From the human T2T-CHM13v2.0 reference genome, Homo sapiens: a stretch of DNA of 64,000 nt. Position numbers and translations under genes: made by a program. Positions 12,962 to 26,919 of the stretch are shown in pieces. The DNA lies in assembly GCF_009914755.1 (NCBI RefSeq), contig NC_060936.1; one strand, written 5' to 3'. The notes under the pieces were generated by a model. The model did not search any database. It worked only from the letters and a program-made list of their open reading frames with translations, and was not told the origin of the DNA. Each line of letters begins with the position of its first letter. The first letter of the stretch is position 1.

Positions 12962-14090
12962 TATAATCCATATTTATCTCCATGATGATGTAATCATACG
13001 CACACATATACATATATGTACATAAGTGCAAAATTTTAAGAAGTTTCATTATTGTTTTATAATAATGTGTTTTTTAGAAGCATTTTTTTCTATATTGAGA
13101 TTTTCTTATTTGAAATACCTTGTGGAAAACCCTTTTATCCCAACTGACAGAGCTCTAATTCATTCTTTTTTGATGACTGTATAATGTTCTGTGGTGGATC
13201 CAGTTGATGATCACTCCCATTGTTTCCATTCGTTGTTGTCATTGTTCTTGGTTTTTGCAGGCAGTAAATATCCTGTACCATATTCTTATGTATTTGAGCT
13301 TTCATTTATTTTGCTAGATTCCCAGAAAGGGAATTTGAGTGAAGACAAGTGTATTTTCGTTTTTAATGAATGTGGACACATTGTTTATCAACAAGGCTTT
13401 TACAATACACATTTCCTCTTAAACACATTTCTACGCTTGTACACATTTTCATCCTCTTTAAGAAATGTGAAATGGACATGTTAACAGCAAGAACAGTGAT
13501 TATTACTCTTTCATACTTTGCCAATCTAATGGGCATTTTACATTTACATTTTACTTTTACATTTTCTGCACCACCAGTGCAGTTGAACATCTTTGAGTAT
13601 TTTCTGGCCATTTATATCCAGTCTTCTGTGAATTTTTCCTCCTATTCTTTTCCTATGGGGAAAAACTGTCTTCTTGTTAATTTGTAGAAACTTTTTGTGC
13701 ATACATCATATATTAACCGTTTTTCCAGTTTTGCAATTTTTTTTAAAAAAATCTATTGTTTATTTATTGGGTTTGTTTAGGGTAACATTTGCCATCAAAA
13801 GTATCTAGTTTTTACTTAGCCAAATATGCCTATCTTACCTTTCATAGTATGTGAGTTTTCAGTTTGAATGATACACATAGCCTTCTATAATTTTTTGAAA
13901 TATATTTGTTTAATATTTTTATGTTTATATTTTTAATGCATTTAAAATTTGTTTTGTTATATGGTGTAAGATGGTAGTTCAAACAATTTTTTTCCACGTA
14001 GATATCCAAGATACTTTATTAAATATTCTTTTTTTACTTGATGAAATGAAATGCTACCCTTGTTATGTGTTAAATCCTCATATGCTAGTA

Positions 14091-14411
14091 TAGTTGTTCC
14101 TAGGTATCCGTAAAAGATTGGTTCCAGAACCCCTGATGGATATCAAAATCTGCAATGATCAAATCTCTTTTATAAAATGTGTAGTATTTGCATATAACCT
14201 ACTCACAGTCTGCAGTATACTTTAAATCATCTCTAGATTACTTATAATACCTAATGCAATGTAAGTGCTATGTAAATAGTTGTTATACTGTATAGTTTTT
14301 CTATTTGTATTTTTTATTGTATTGTTATTTTGAGGTTTTCTTGCAAATATTTTTAATGTGTGGTTGGTTAAATCCACAGAGGTGGAACCTGTGGATACTG
14401 AGGGCCAGCTG
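14091..14411 (+). mobile_element. MER2-family (Tigger) DNA transposon
   Basis: tagttgttcctaggtatcc..ggatactgagggccagctg TIRs; TA on both flanks; tttaaatcatctctagattacttataatacc core. Confidence 0.9.
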
Positions 14412-14879
14412 TATCTGATTCTTGATTTTGATTTTTTATTATGTTCCAATGATCTAATTTTCCATTTTAAGTTAATATTATTTTCTCTTTATATGATATT
14501 CTGATATCTGGTAGAGCAGACTCTTCTTCTACTCTTTCAAAAAATTCCTTTCTCCACAGTCTGCAAGTATTTATCCTCTCATAAAAAAATATACAATCAT
14601 TGTAGCAAAAATCTAAAAAAAAATCATATTGGAACTCTAATTGAAGTTGCATTAGAAATTGTATTGATACATAAATAGATATTAATATAAATGATTTCTT
14701 GGTATTAAGTCTCCCTATCTGATAATATGGGTAATTTTTAAATGAGATTGTACTAATGTTTTCTCTACTATCTTATCATGATTTAGTGTAACGGTAAGCT
14801 GGATTCAATTAAGTGATAGTTTCTTCATTTTCTCTGGCCTAAAGTAGTTTAAATAACACTGGGAGTATCTGTTTACCAG

Positions 14880-15051
14880 AACATTTTTATACATGCTGGT
14901 GTATTGGTCATCTCAGTTCTGGTAAGATGCTAAAGTTGTTTTGTACCTTGTAGCTAGGAATGGGTTAACATTCAACAATGCACAAGACAGCCCTGCACAA
15001 CAGAATATTATTCCATCGAAATTGCCAATACTGCTCCAGTTGAAAAACACT
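14880..15051 (+). mobile_element. MER20-like hAT-Charlie fragment
   Basis: caatgcacaagacagccc..cacaacagaat..aaattgccaatactgctccagttgaaaaacactg. Confidence 0.6.
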
Positions 15052-15217
15052 GGGTTTGAAAAACTAACCTGAGAACCTATAAGATCTCAGTGCTTTTTTT
15101 CTAATGGTAGAGTTTTTGTTTTTTCAACCTTTCAAATCTCTCTACTAATGGATCTCCTTCCCTTAGGAGAAGTATTCTTTTCGTTGCTTTCCAAATAGTT
15201 TATCATTTCTCTTTTGA

Positions 15218-15263
15218 TTTCTATTTTGGTCCAAAAATTTTTTCTATTTTGGTCCAAAAATTT
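15218..15263. repeat. Perfect 23-bp tandem duplication
   Basis: tttctattttggtccaaaaattt x2. Confidence 0.9.
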
Positions 15264-15463
15264 TCTAAGTGTTCAAATTTCCTAATAGTTATAATGTTTT
15301 GGGGGCAACTTTTTATTTCTAATTGTATCAGTTTATAATTGGAGAATGTAGCATGTATTTTTAAAGTATATTACAGATTTTCTCTATGGTTAACTATGTG
15401 ATTAGTTTTATAAATGAACCATGGGCCATTTCCCTGTCTCACTGAGGGCAAGCAAGCATGTGT

Positions 15464-15464
<1 letters not shown>

Positions 15465-15497
<33 letters not shown>
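15465..15497. repeat. (CA)n microsatellite
   Basis: ~16 CA units. Confidence 0.95.
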
Positions 15498-15500
<3 letters not shown>

Positions 15501-15540
15501 TGTATATTTTCTATTTGAGAATTAAAATGTTCAATATAGA

Positions 15541-15925
15541 TGGTATTTGCTTGCTAGAGCTGCCATAGCAAAACACCACAGACCGGGTGATTTTAACAAC
15601 AGAAATTTATTTTCACAGTTATGAAAACTGGGAGTCCAAGATCAAGATGTCAACAGGTTTGATTTCTTCTGAGGCCTCTCTCTCTTTGGCTTGCAGATGT
15701 CTGCCTTCTCAAGGCGTCTTCACATGGTCTTTCCTCTCTGCCCATACATTCTTTGTGCCTCTTTTTGCATCCAAATTTCCTCTTAAGGACACAAGTCAGA
15801 TTGGATTGGGGCCCACACTAATGTCCTCATTTTAACTTAACCACATCTTTAAAAGCACTCGAATTACTTGGGGTTAGAGCATCAGCATATGAATTGGGTT
15901 GGGGGTCACAATTCAGCCAATAACA
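15541..15925 (-). mobile_element. MaLR solo LTR, MLT1B-like
   Basis: gctgccatagcaaaacaccacagaccggg..gtccaagatcaag..aggacacaagtcagattggattggggcccac..cacaattcagccaataaca. Confidence 0.85.
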
Positions 15926-16111
15926 GATTTATCAAGTGAATTTTACCAATTGCACTCTTTAATTTCTCTTTGATCTTACTTATTTCTTGTAAACTAGAGT
16001 TATATAATGTTCAAAAGATACACTGATGTTTCAAACTAAAATTATGTTTTTATTAAGGTCTTGCATTTATAATAATTTTGCTATATATAGAATTATATAT
16101 AGTTATTTTAG

Positions 16112-16291
<180 letters not shown>

Positions 16292-16592
16292 TGACTTTTG
16301 TTAAAACCTAATGATCATCTATTTCCTGGTTAAGGCTTTTAACATTATATTCCACCTTATCTAATATTAATATTATCTTGTCTTTGCCAACACATTGTTT
16401 TCAACTTTCTTAATCACTGTGTTGTACAATATTTTTTAACTGCATAATTCAAAGTTTTGTCTTTTTGTTCAATTTGACAGTCTCTTTCATTTAATGGAGA
16501 ATTTAGTCTATTTGTTGTTACTTTAATGAAAATTTTATTTCTCTCCTTTTACTTTATTATTTATGTTGTCATTCTGCTTCTCCCTTATTCTA

Positions 16593-16759
16593 TTTTTTTT
16601 TAGAGATGGGATCTCACTATGTTGCCCAGGTTAAAATACAGTGGCTATTTACAGGCCCAATCATAGTGCACTGCAGCCTCCAACTCCTGGGCTCAAGTTA
16701 TCCTCCTGCCTCAGTCTCCTGAGTAGCTGGGACTACAGGTGTGCACCACTGCACCTGGC
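16593..16759 (-). mobile_element. FAM (fossil Alu monomer)
   Basis: Single monomer with the FAM/7SL-type segment cagtggctatttacagg. Confidence 0.8.
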
Positions 16760-17504
16760 TCCTTATCTCCTTACCCTGATTTTAATTGGTTTGCTTATTC
16801 TATTCTTCTGCTTATGTATTTGGAAGACCCACTATACCATTTCTGTCCATTAATGGTTACTTTTCCATTCCCTGTAGTTATAATTTTATATGTATTTCTC
16901 TAATATTATTTGAAAAATGAGTTGCTAGTTTTCAATTTTTTTATTTTTTACCAAGAGGCACTGCTTCCCTCCATTTTCCCCACGCCAATAAAGTGATTCT
17001 CAGAACACTGACATGTATCCTCTTTCCACCCTTTATCCCACCTTCCCCTGTCAAGATTCTTACAGTGCTTTCCTTTCCCTGGTCCAGTAGAGGTCATTTC
17101 ATCATCCTCAAGCCACAAGTGTTAAAGATGAAAAGTCTGATGCCTGCCTTATTCTTTTTCCTTTGTGGTAACTCATCTTGTTTTGTTTCTGTCAGGAAGT
17201 TTGCTGAATTTTCTTTTTATCCTTAGAATTCATAAATTTTATTAGGATAGTCTCAGGTCTATGTCTTTTCTAATTAGTCTATGACTGAACTTTGTCCTTT
17301 CATTCTGCAGACTCATGTTTCTTCAGTTCAGAGAAAATTTTCTCTATTATGTATTTATGTATACATTGTGCCTTTGTCATCTCTTCCTGCCTTCTTTAGG
17401 AAAAGAAAAAGACACTAAGTTCTTGGCTTTGTCCTACAAGTCTTTTTTTCTTTTCTCTTAATATTTGTCACTTTCTATATTTTTATCTGCTCATATTTAT
17501 CTCT

Positions 17505-17974
<470 letters not shown>

Positions 17975-20352
17975 GAGATGTTTCTTATACTTGCTTTTCC
18001 AAGTCACTAATTTGGGTCTTAACAGTAACCACTCACTCTCTAAATGCATCTATTAATACTAATATTTGCTTATTTGAGAAATCATTTTGATTCATTTTGA
18101 TTTTCCTACAGTAAGTGCGTTTTGTCATTTGCTTTGTGATTGCTCTTATTGTAATATACATCTTTTATATCATCATCACTTATTTTCCTAACGTTTTATT
18201 TTTCTAGACATGTGTTTCTGTTTGCTTTTAATGACCTTACTCTCTCTGGCTTTATTATAATTTTTAAGAATATTTTATTCATTTATTCACTAATTTTTTT
18301 TTATCTTTCCCGGGGCTCAGTTGTGATCATTGAAGACATGGATTGGTAGCAGTTCAGGAAGGGATAGAAGGAGTGGTCTCTGCATTGTGGGTGAATGGCG
18401 TAGGCATAGGCAGGCTGCCAGCCTCCCAGGAAGGCTGCCTTCCCAGGAAAAAGCCTTCAGTCCCAGTTTTCCTTATACTCAACAGGGCTGAGGACAGGGA
18501 GAACTAGACCCACCTTCTTAGCTGCTTTTTATTCACTCATCTACCACTTCTTGCTTAAGCAGCCCAGGCATCCTTATGGGGCTTAGAGTCCACTGTGTTC
18601 TGGGGCCCAAGCTCTTTCCAGCATCTCAGGAGTTGTGATCTTTGTGATGAGATCCTCTCTGAGGTTGATCTCCTGTAGTCTCTTGCTCATCTAGCCCCTA
18701 TGGGGAAAACTTGAACCATTTCTTCTTTTGGAGACTTGCTCAGAGGGGAGGCCTCACTTCCACTCAGCAGTCATATGAGCCAATAAAAGCAGATAGACTG
18801 GAGTTGAGAGTGCAGCTGTTATAAACTACAGGAGGGTAGCCATGTTTTCAGAATCCCCAGAGGCCTATTTTAAAACAGTTACATTATAAATCAGCAAAAT
18901 CTTAGCAAAATCCAGAGTTTCCTAGCCTTTTAAACAAGAGAAATAATCAGTCTAGCCTTGTTCTTTGCCTTAATGCACCTTGGCAATAAGAGCTTAAATG
19001 CCAAACAATGTTTTTTCTTTCACATGTGTGAGACCGAGGAACACTTATTGTAAAAGTTAAACAGAGTGACAGCTTGCTTTGGCTGATGTGTAAGAGTTCT
19101 TGACTGGGCTGCTTTCCTTTCTTCCATAATAAGTAGTTAATAGAAATTCACTGACCTGCAGTGCAGACTTAATTTATCGCGTATATCAAGTTGATTTAAC
19201 AGGAATGGAATGTGGTGGAACAATAGCTTCCCTCTCTCCCCACCTCTTGGTGATCCTCCGACATTCGTTTGGAAAGAAAATCAGATTTAAAAACATGTAG
19301 AACCTTTGTGATTTTGAATAATTGGACTATGTTTGAAAAAAGTATTTAATCAATGACAATCATCTGTTTATTTGAAAAATGGTTGGGTTCAGGGAGGTGG
19401 TATTTATCTTTAAAATTTTCACTTGTAGGAAAGACTGAAGTGGCTGAGTACGCTATGTGCTTTGCACTGTATAAAGGGAAAACTGAAAATCCTGAATTGC
19501 TTCATTCTTTCATGGCATGTTCTTTATTTAGAAAATCCTTAATTAATTTTGTGTGAAAGCAGACGGTCAAAGGATTTAAAGAAGCAGAAAAACATCTTGA
19601 ATTTCTTACTGCTTGCAAAGTGGGGAAAGTGAAAATGGTAAACTGATTAAAAGAAGTCATCTTGAAGCCTACCATTATAATGAGTTGTAAATAACAACAG
19701 TGACAAATCTGAATCATTTAAGAAAGTTTGCGCAGGATTTTTCCATTTGAAATGCATTTTTTTTCCAATTTTGGTCTCTTGAGACATCAGCCATTTAAAA
19801 GCATGATATTGGAACTAACCCAGCATCACTTTTAATTAGCACAGAAATGCTAATTATACTTTTTCTATGTGACGCTTAATGCGAGCTGTCAGGACACTGC
19901 ATTTTTTACATCAGTTGTGGTGAGATACACAAGATCACCAGACCCACTTTAAAACGATAAAGACCAATACATCTAAACTGATGAGTATTTTTAAACTATA
20001 GGGAAGTGCTACAAGATGCATAAAAATAATGGCATCAAAGTGAAAAATTTGGGCTTTTTATTCACACCAAGTACAAGCATAATTTCACAAATTTTTCAAT
20101 ATTTGTGGTCTGTGAAACCAAATTTCTTACCATTGAATCATTGAAAATACACATAAAGCTTGATTTTGGAAGAAAACTACTTTTTCACTAAAGAATCTTT
20201 TCGAAAATCAAATAGCCACCCTCTCTTCATTTTTTAGGGCTTCGCATTTCAGATTTTCTTTTAGGGCTTTGCATTGCATTTTAGCTTTTAGCTTTTCGTA
20301 AAGGAAAGTCTACTTGTGTTCTTGGCTTTTTTTTTTTTTTTAACAGCTCTAG

Positions 20353-20670
20353 GGCCGGGCACAGTAGCTCACACCTCAATCCTAGCATTTTGGGAGGCCG
20401 AGGCCGATGGATCACTTGAGGTCAAGAGTTGGAGACCAGCAGCCTGGCCAACATGACGAAACCCTGTCTGTACTAAAAATACAAAAATTAGCTGGGCGTG
20501 ATGGCTCATGCTTGTAATCCCAGCTACTCGGGTGGCTGAAGCAGGAGAATCACTTGAAACCAGGAAGTGGAGGCTATGTTTAGCCAAGACGGTGCCACTG
20601 CGCTCCAGCCTGGGTGACAGAGCGAGACTCCACCTCAAAAAAAAAAAAAAAAAAAAAAAAAAAGAAGATG
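20353..20670 (+). mobile_element. AluS (Sx/Sz-like)
   Basis: Full dimer with poly-A; TSD acagctctag at 20343-20352 and 20671-20680. Confidence 0.95.
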
Positions 20671-21149
20671 ACAGCTCTAGGAATGCAATGGTTGCTGTCC
20701 CTCAATAAAATCTGTTGCCAAGTATAAATTTAATTAACTTGATTTTAGTTACTGAAGACAATTAGACTTAAATCCTCTCAATATTCAAACCTTCCATTTT
20801 GACGAATATTTGTATCAGAATGAGGGTGAGATTCTAAATAGCTTTTGAAGTTTATATTCATCGTATAATTCTGGGATTCTATATAACAAAAGGGATTAAA
20901 TCTATATTAAATTACTTTTTAAAAATGGTATTGATGTAATGAGTACTAGAGTTGGCCAGCAACCTGGAAGGAAAAATTCAACAAAATTATTTTGGGGGCA
21001 CAAATTTTTCCTCAACTATAGTAAATCCTGTGAAATTTTGTCTCACTTGGATAAAGTGATGAATTTTTTAAAAGTCTGAATTGCGAAATATTGTAAAAGA
21101 AATTGAATTTGATTTTGTTTGGTACTGTGGCTTGCTATATAATAATAAT

Positions 21150-21390
21150 AACAACACAGCAGTGATCACTGTTTTATTTATTGACCGTCCGCTCTAGTCC
21201 TGGCACTGTGCTGTGTGCTTTATATAATGGCCATACCAAGGAAGAGCCATCACTGTTTCTATTTTATAATCAAGTACAAGGCTCCGGACATTATGGAGCT
21301 TGCCCAAGGCTTTGCAGCTAGCAAGGCGCAAGAGTGGTTTACACCCAAAGCTGTCTGGTACTAAAGCCTTCTGTTAACCATTGCACTGTA
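21150..21390 (-). mobile_element. MIR SINE
   Basis: tttattgacc..ggcactgtgct..cttgcccaagg..cagctag..ttaaccattgcactgta. Confidence 0.7.
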
Positions 21391-21519
21391 TGATAAAATG
21401 TATGCATTTTTAGTGATAGGGTAAAAAAAATCCTGAAGGGAATTTTTCTCCCTCTAAAACGAGGTTTAGTATGACCACTTAATCACGTGTTCACTGTTCT
21501 TGGGAAACCATTTCTTCTT

Positions 21520-21809
21520 TTTTTGAGATGAAGTCTTGCTCTTGTCGTCCAGGATGGAGTGCAATGGTGTGATCTCGGCTCACAGCAACCTCCGCCTCCC
21601 AGGTTCAAGCCATTCTCCTGCCTCAGCCTCCTGAGTAGCTGGGATTACAGGCACCCACCACCATACCTGGCTAATTTTTTTGTATTTTTAGTAGAGACAG
21701 GTTTTCGCCATGTTGACCAGGCTAGTCTCAAACCCCTGACCCTAGGTGATCCACCTGCATAGGCCTCCCAAAGTGCCAAGATTAAAGGCATAAGCCACCA
21801 TGCCCGGCC
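21520..21809 (-). mobile_element. AluS (Sq-like)
   Basis: Full antisense dimer; TSD ccatttcttctt at 21508-21519 and 21810-21821. Confidence 0.95.
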
Positions 21810-21934
21810 CCATTTCTTCTTATCTATGGCAAAAACAGATCTCAGTCCAGCAGGATTGACAGCTGACCAAGCACAAATGAATGCAAGACAGATAAATGGT
21901 CAATTTAGGAAGTGAGTTGACATCTACTTAAGTA

Positions 21935-22175
21935 CAACAACAGTAAACATTTATGAGTCCTTAGTATGTGCCAGACACCGATTTGAGTGCCTCATATGTG
22001 TAACTTAATTGATCTTCACAGTTATTCCTTGTGGTAGCTACTGTTGTTATCACCTCCTCATTTTACAGTTAAAAATACTGAGGGACAGGGAAGCTGAACA
22101 GCTTATCCAAGGGCTCCAGGTAGAGCCAAAATAGAGCTAGAATTCAAACTCATGTCATCTAGCTCTAGAACTCAT
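21935..22175 (-). mobile_element. MIR SINE
   Basis: aacatttatgag..tatgtgccagacac..cattttacag..actgagg..gaattcaaactc. Confidence 0.7.
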
Positions 22176-23639
22176 AGCAATTCCTTCCTTTTCTCCCAGA
22201 GGTTTTTTGTCAGTTTTTGTATCTGGAACATGGGGAAATGGCTGTCTTATTTACAGGACAAGGAGAAATAAGAGAAATAAGTGAGATCATGAATGTGACA
22301 CTGCTAAAAACAATGCAAAATAATATAAGGTATTGATATTTATTAACACAAGTTTTCAAGTTTGATAATTATTTAGTGAATTTATTGGTACCCTAACTCT
22401 CTCAAAAAATAATTTGAGACATGCTACCAAAAAGGGACGTACAAATAAGGTTAATAGGAAAATCAAGTTTAAGCAAAGGAGGGAGACACGACAATAAATA
22501 ATAGTAAGACTTGTAATACCGAAGACAAAAAGTAAAACACATCTTCATAGTTTTGTCAATAAAAAGAAAATAGAATCTTTTCTTAGGAGAGAGAAAGTTT
22601 TTTTCCCTGCCATTTTATTTTAAAAGAAATTTCTCATGTTAGAACTTCCAGAGTGAACATAATGATCAATGGTTCCAGAGAGTAAGCAATTTGATTGATT
22701 ACAATATCATCACTTTTGCTTTCTCTCTTCTTGTCATGGTAGAGATATTAAGGAGCCATGAAACCTTCACATTTGGTCAGCAGGAGGGAGATGTTGTAGA
22801 ATATAAGGATATGGTTAATTTAAGACTAGATAATCAGCCCTTAAATTGTCAAAAATTGACTGTATTTCAAAAGAGAACCTCCTAAGTATACCAGATAGAT
22901 CTGCCATGGCTGTAGCGATGCTAACCAGCAGGTCATTTAACACTGATGCCATGTGGGCTGTGATGCGGGATGCATAATTAGATAATTAGATGCGGTTTCT
23001 GCTCCTGGGGCCCAAAGTTTAAATTAGACACAGCATATTAGTGCAGAGAATGATCAGAATATAGATAAAGGAAACACATATGCATTGCAGAATATTTAGA
23101 AAATATAGAAAAATATGAAGAAAGTCAATATCAATCAAATTACAACCATTGTTATCTTTTGGTATATGTTCCCTTCCAGTCTCTTATTGTCATCTTGTCT
23201 CTTTCTATATAGGTAGAAATATAGCTGTAGATATGACATAGATATAGGCTAGACATGTTATAGATATACACGTCTCCACACACACATTTTCAGAGGTTCA
23301 GAGGGATTATGTACCTTTCCCAAAGGCCCCAGATCTAGTGACACAGATGGAGCTTAGACCCATTTTGGTCTGATACTAAAGCCCATTTTCTTAATCACTG
23401 TGTTTTGAATACATCAATTTTTGGACACAGATTATTTTATGAAGGTAGAAGCATACATTATTTAGCACCTTGTACACTACTCTTCCCTCTCCAATCACCT
23501 TGTATTGATTGGGACCAGTGTTTCAGGTCACTAATATTTTTCTAAAACATGATTTGTTTTAATATTGATATTCTATCATACACCCTCATTTATTTAATCA
23601 TCCCATTATCTTAAATCTTTAAGCTTCCAATGTTCACAA

Positions 23640-25170
23640 GTTATCATTTATCACTAAGAAAGGGAGAGCGATAAGTTCTGTTTGCATGTGTCAGGGAAAG
23701 CTTCCTCAAAGAGGAGGCACTTGAGCTAGATCTTGAAGTTGCATGGGGTTGATCAGTCAGACATGTAACAGACATATTCAGCAGAGGAAAAAAAAACATG
23801 GTAAGTTTGGAGAACTGAAAGTTGTTTAGTATGGCAATATACTGTAATAGTTGAGAGATCAGACTGTTTTCAGACATTAGAACCCTGTCTGAGTTCCAAT
23901 ACTAGCTTTAGCACTAATAAGTATTTGCTATGTGACTTTGGTTAATTTGTTTAGCCTTTCCAAGCCTCTCTCTCATTTGTAAAATGAAGATAGAAAGAAG
24001 GTTGTCATGAGGGCACAGAGAGCTCTTTGTGTAGAACCTGATGCCTAGTAAGAACTCAAGAAATATTATTTTTCTTTGTTAGTGTTAGTATGATTATTAG
24101 CCACCTTAGGGTGTGTGCTGGGGAGTGTTGAGAGATGAAGCAGGACAAATCCTAGAGAGCCTTAAATATCCTGCTAAAAATCCTGGTCTTTGTACTACAC
24201 ACAGTCGAACCTTGATAGATTTTTAAGCTAGAAAATAACCATGATCAGGTTTCAATTGCAACACAGATACAGGACTGTTAAGTAGGGACTTTGCAATTCC
24301 AGATGTGACATGGTGAGAGCTTGAAGTAAGTCATAACAGTGGATCTGAGAGAAGGAGAGAAATAAGAGACATGTCTAGAGAATCACTGAAACTAAGCAAT
24401 TCTTTGGCTCAAGAAGTGAAAGGAGGAATTTGATGTTTCTGCCTGTGCAGTGTTCCCCTCTACTTTTTTTTTTTCTTTTGAAATAGCACCTCAGTTTTCC
24501 TTTAGGAAATCACTTCTCCCCCATGCTCAGTCCATTTCCTGATCTCATTCACCCACGGTGTGTGCAGGTGGCCCAACAGTTCCACATCCCTGGTCATAGG
24601 GACTGGGCCAGGGTATGCATTGAATTACATTGTTCTAACCAGACCAGGATAGTTGCTGAAATTATTAGGAAGGAGAACCTCTTTCACTGGAATTAACACT
24701 GGAAGAATATAAGCTTGGCATACCCAATCTAGAAAAGGAGCCAATGATAGACAAGAGCTGAGAACAGGAAAGAGCAGGAGAATAATTTTATAAAATCATT
24801 TAGCTAAGTTCATTCATACTTAGAGATAGCATCTCCTTATAGACTTTGCAATTAAGTATTCATTAAATTATGTTTTCTATTCAAGCCAACTTCAGTTGAA
24901 TTTCTTTCACTTGCAACTAAAATTTCAATACATGTGAGCAGATACAGGTGATTCCCCGATTTTTGCCTCGCGTGATTGGATGGAGTAACCAATGTGTGAA
25001 GCACAGCGGAGGTACAGATTTGGGAGAAAATGATGACTTTGATTTGGAGCACACTGTGTCTGAATTACGCATGGGGCATGTGGGTGGAGAGGTCTAGTAG
25101 ACACTTGAATAAATGAGTCTGACACTTAGAAGACACATCAGAGCTAGAGAAACATGTTTAGATCCATCTG
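23640..25170 (-). mobile_element. L2 fragments with a nested MIR (~23860-24070) and an MLT1 LTR
   Basis: gtcagggaaagcttcctcaaagagg..gagctagatcttgaag purine-rich antisense L2. Confidence 0.6.
24450..24932 (+). mobile_element. MaLR solo LTR, MLT1K/L-like
   Basis: ttttcctttaggaaatcacttctccccc..aagccaacttcagttgaatttctttcacttgcaactaaaa..aataca end. Confidence 0.6.
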
Positions 25171-25702
25171 ATTCTGTGGCTAGGACAGAGTTTATTTCCT
25201 TCTGAAATTCTTTTTTGGGGCAAGGATGCTCCCATGGCAGGCACTCAGGCTATACTGGCAAACTATGGGGGGAATGGCAAGCAAATAAATATCATGTATA
25301 GGATTGCTTTTGTGGTAAATGTACTTTTTTGTCCCATTGATGTTTATGTGTACAACACTATTAATATAACAGTAGCACAGTCAGGTAATTAACATACCAA
25401 TTTCCCATCTCAAAAAAAAAACAAAACATATATTTTGAATAGCCTCTGTGATTTTTTGGGGGTGACAGGGGCAGCACAATAATGGATACAATGCTTTTAT
25501 AATGCAAGAAAGAACTGTGAGCTGTAGTCAAGCCTATCTGTTTTGAGGGTGGATGTAGAGTGTGTAGATGGGTTGGTAGACATGACATTTATGAATCTGA
25601 TATTTTGTGCTGATACAGCTATTTAAATTGGAGAAAATAAACAGGCTATACCTGCCATCTTCCACACTGAATGTCCAGCCAATGGCCACAGGAAGTATAG
25701 CT

Positions 25703-25882
25703 CAGTGCTTTGTGGACCTTGGTCCCTGGATGTTTGGCATCTGAATAATCTGAGCAGCTTTTTAAATCCACAGGATTTTGGATCCCACTCTTAAAGATTC
25801 TGATTCTGCAAGTATATATGTGAGAGATATAGATGTGTAGCCCCAGTTGCATGTGTTGTTGGGCTGACATTTGAATTCTTTG
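25703..25882. mobile_element. MER5-family hAT fragment
   Basis: tggtccctgg..ggcatctgaataatctg..gattctgattctgca. Confidence 0.45.
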
Positions 25883-26919
25883 GGTGTCTGTTGCCTCACT
25901 GACAAACTAAGGGGCTTGAAATGATTATCTTTAAGGTCCCTTCCTGATCTAAACATACCTTCATTTCATTCCCTTAACCCATTTGTTTCTCTGTTCTTCA
26001 TATGTGAATCTTATAATGCACTTCTCCTACTTCATAAAGGAGATAAAAGAGATAAAATTCAAACCAGCATTTCAACTGTCTTTTGACTACTGACAAGATG
26101 ACAGTTTTAGGAGTGTCTCAGTTTAGTGATGTGCGACGGTAATGATAGTGAGCTATGTTGTGTATAATTTAATCCTTAAGCATGCATCTACCACTTAAAG
26201 TTATTTCCTATACACATAAAATGATAAAACAGTAAGCAGTTTTTTTTTTAACTTTCTCTATTTTGTTATTGTGTATTGTGCTATTCCCACTGGAGAAAGC
26301 AGTGTTTTTTTCTTCTTTCCTTTGAAAATCAAGTTCATGCAAAATGACAGGTTTAGAACATATTTCTAAATCAAAGAATGACCATTATAGGACTTGATCA
26401 TACAAGTTACTTCCCTAACTACCATTTATTTGCGCTAAAATTGGCTACATTCCTGATGATAATTCTGCAAGACAGCGGTAGGATATGACTTGCCTTCCCA
26501 CTGTTTGATATAAATCTCCACTGATATGAATTGAGTTCAGCTGCAGTGAACTTAAATGCTAATGTTGAAAACATAAGGCAGCCTGCTGTTTCTTTTATAC
26601 CAGAAAGTTTTAACTTCTGCAGTCTTCTGTATTCCACCACTCCCCGCCACCACCTTAGGTTAGATCAAATTAGAACCACTCCATTTCTGTCTGAAGGGTG
26701 AAATGTGCAAACTTGATTTACATAACTCAACATGAAAAAAGAAGAAGGAATTAATCATGAGGCTGGGCACACCACTCTTGTCCTTGAATAATACACCATA
26801 ACAGTCATGGGAAAATTGTTGGTGAATAATTTTATCAGGTAGCTCGTCAGTATTTGTTAAGCACTGACTCTGTGCCTAGTACTGTGTAGAGCATTTTAAG
26901 GTCTAGAAAAGAATAACAG

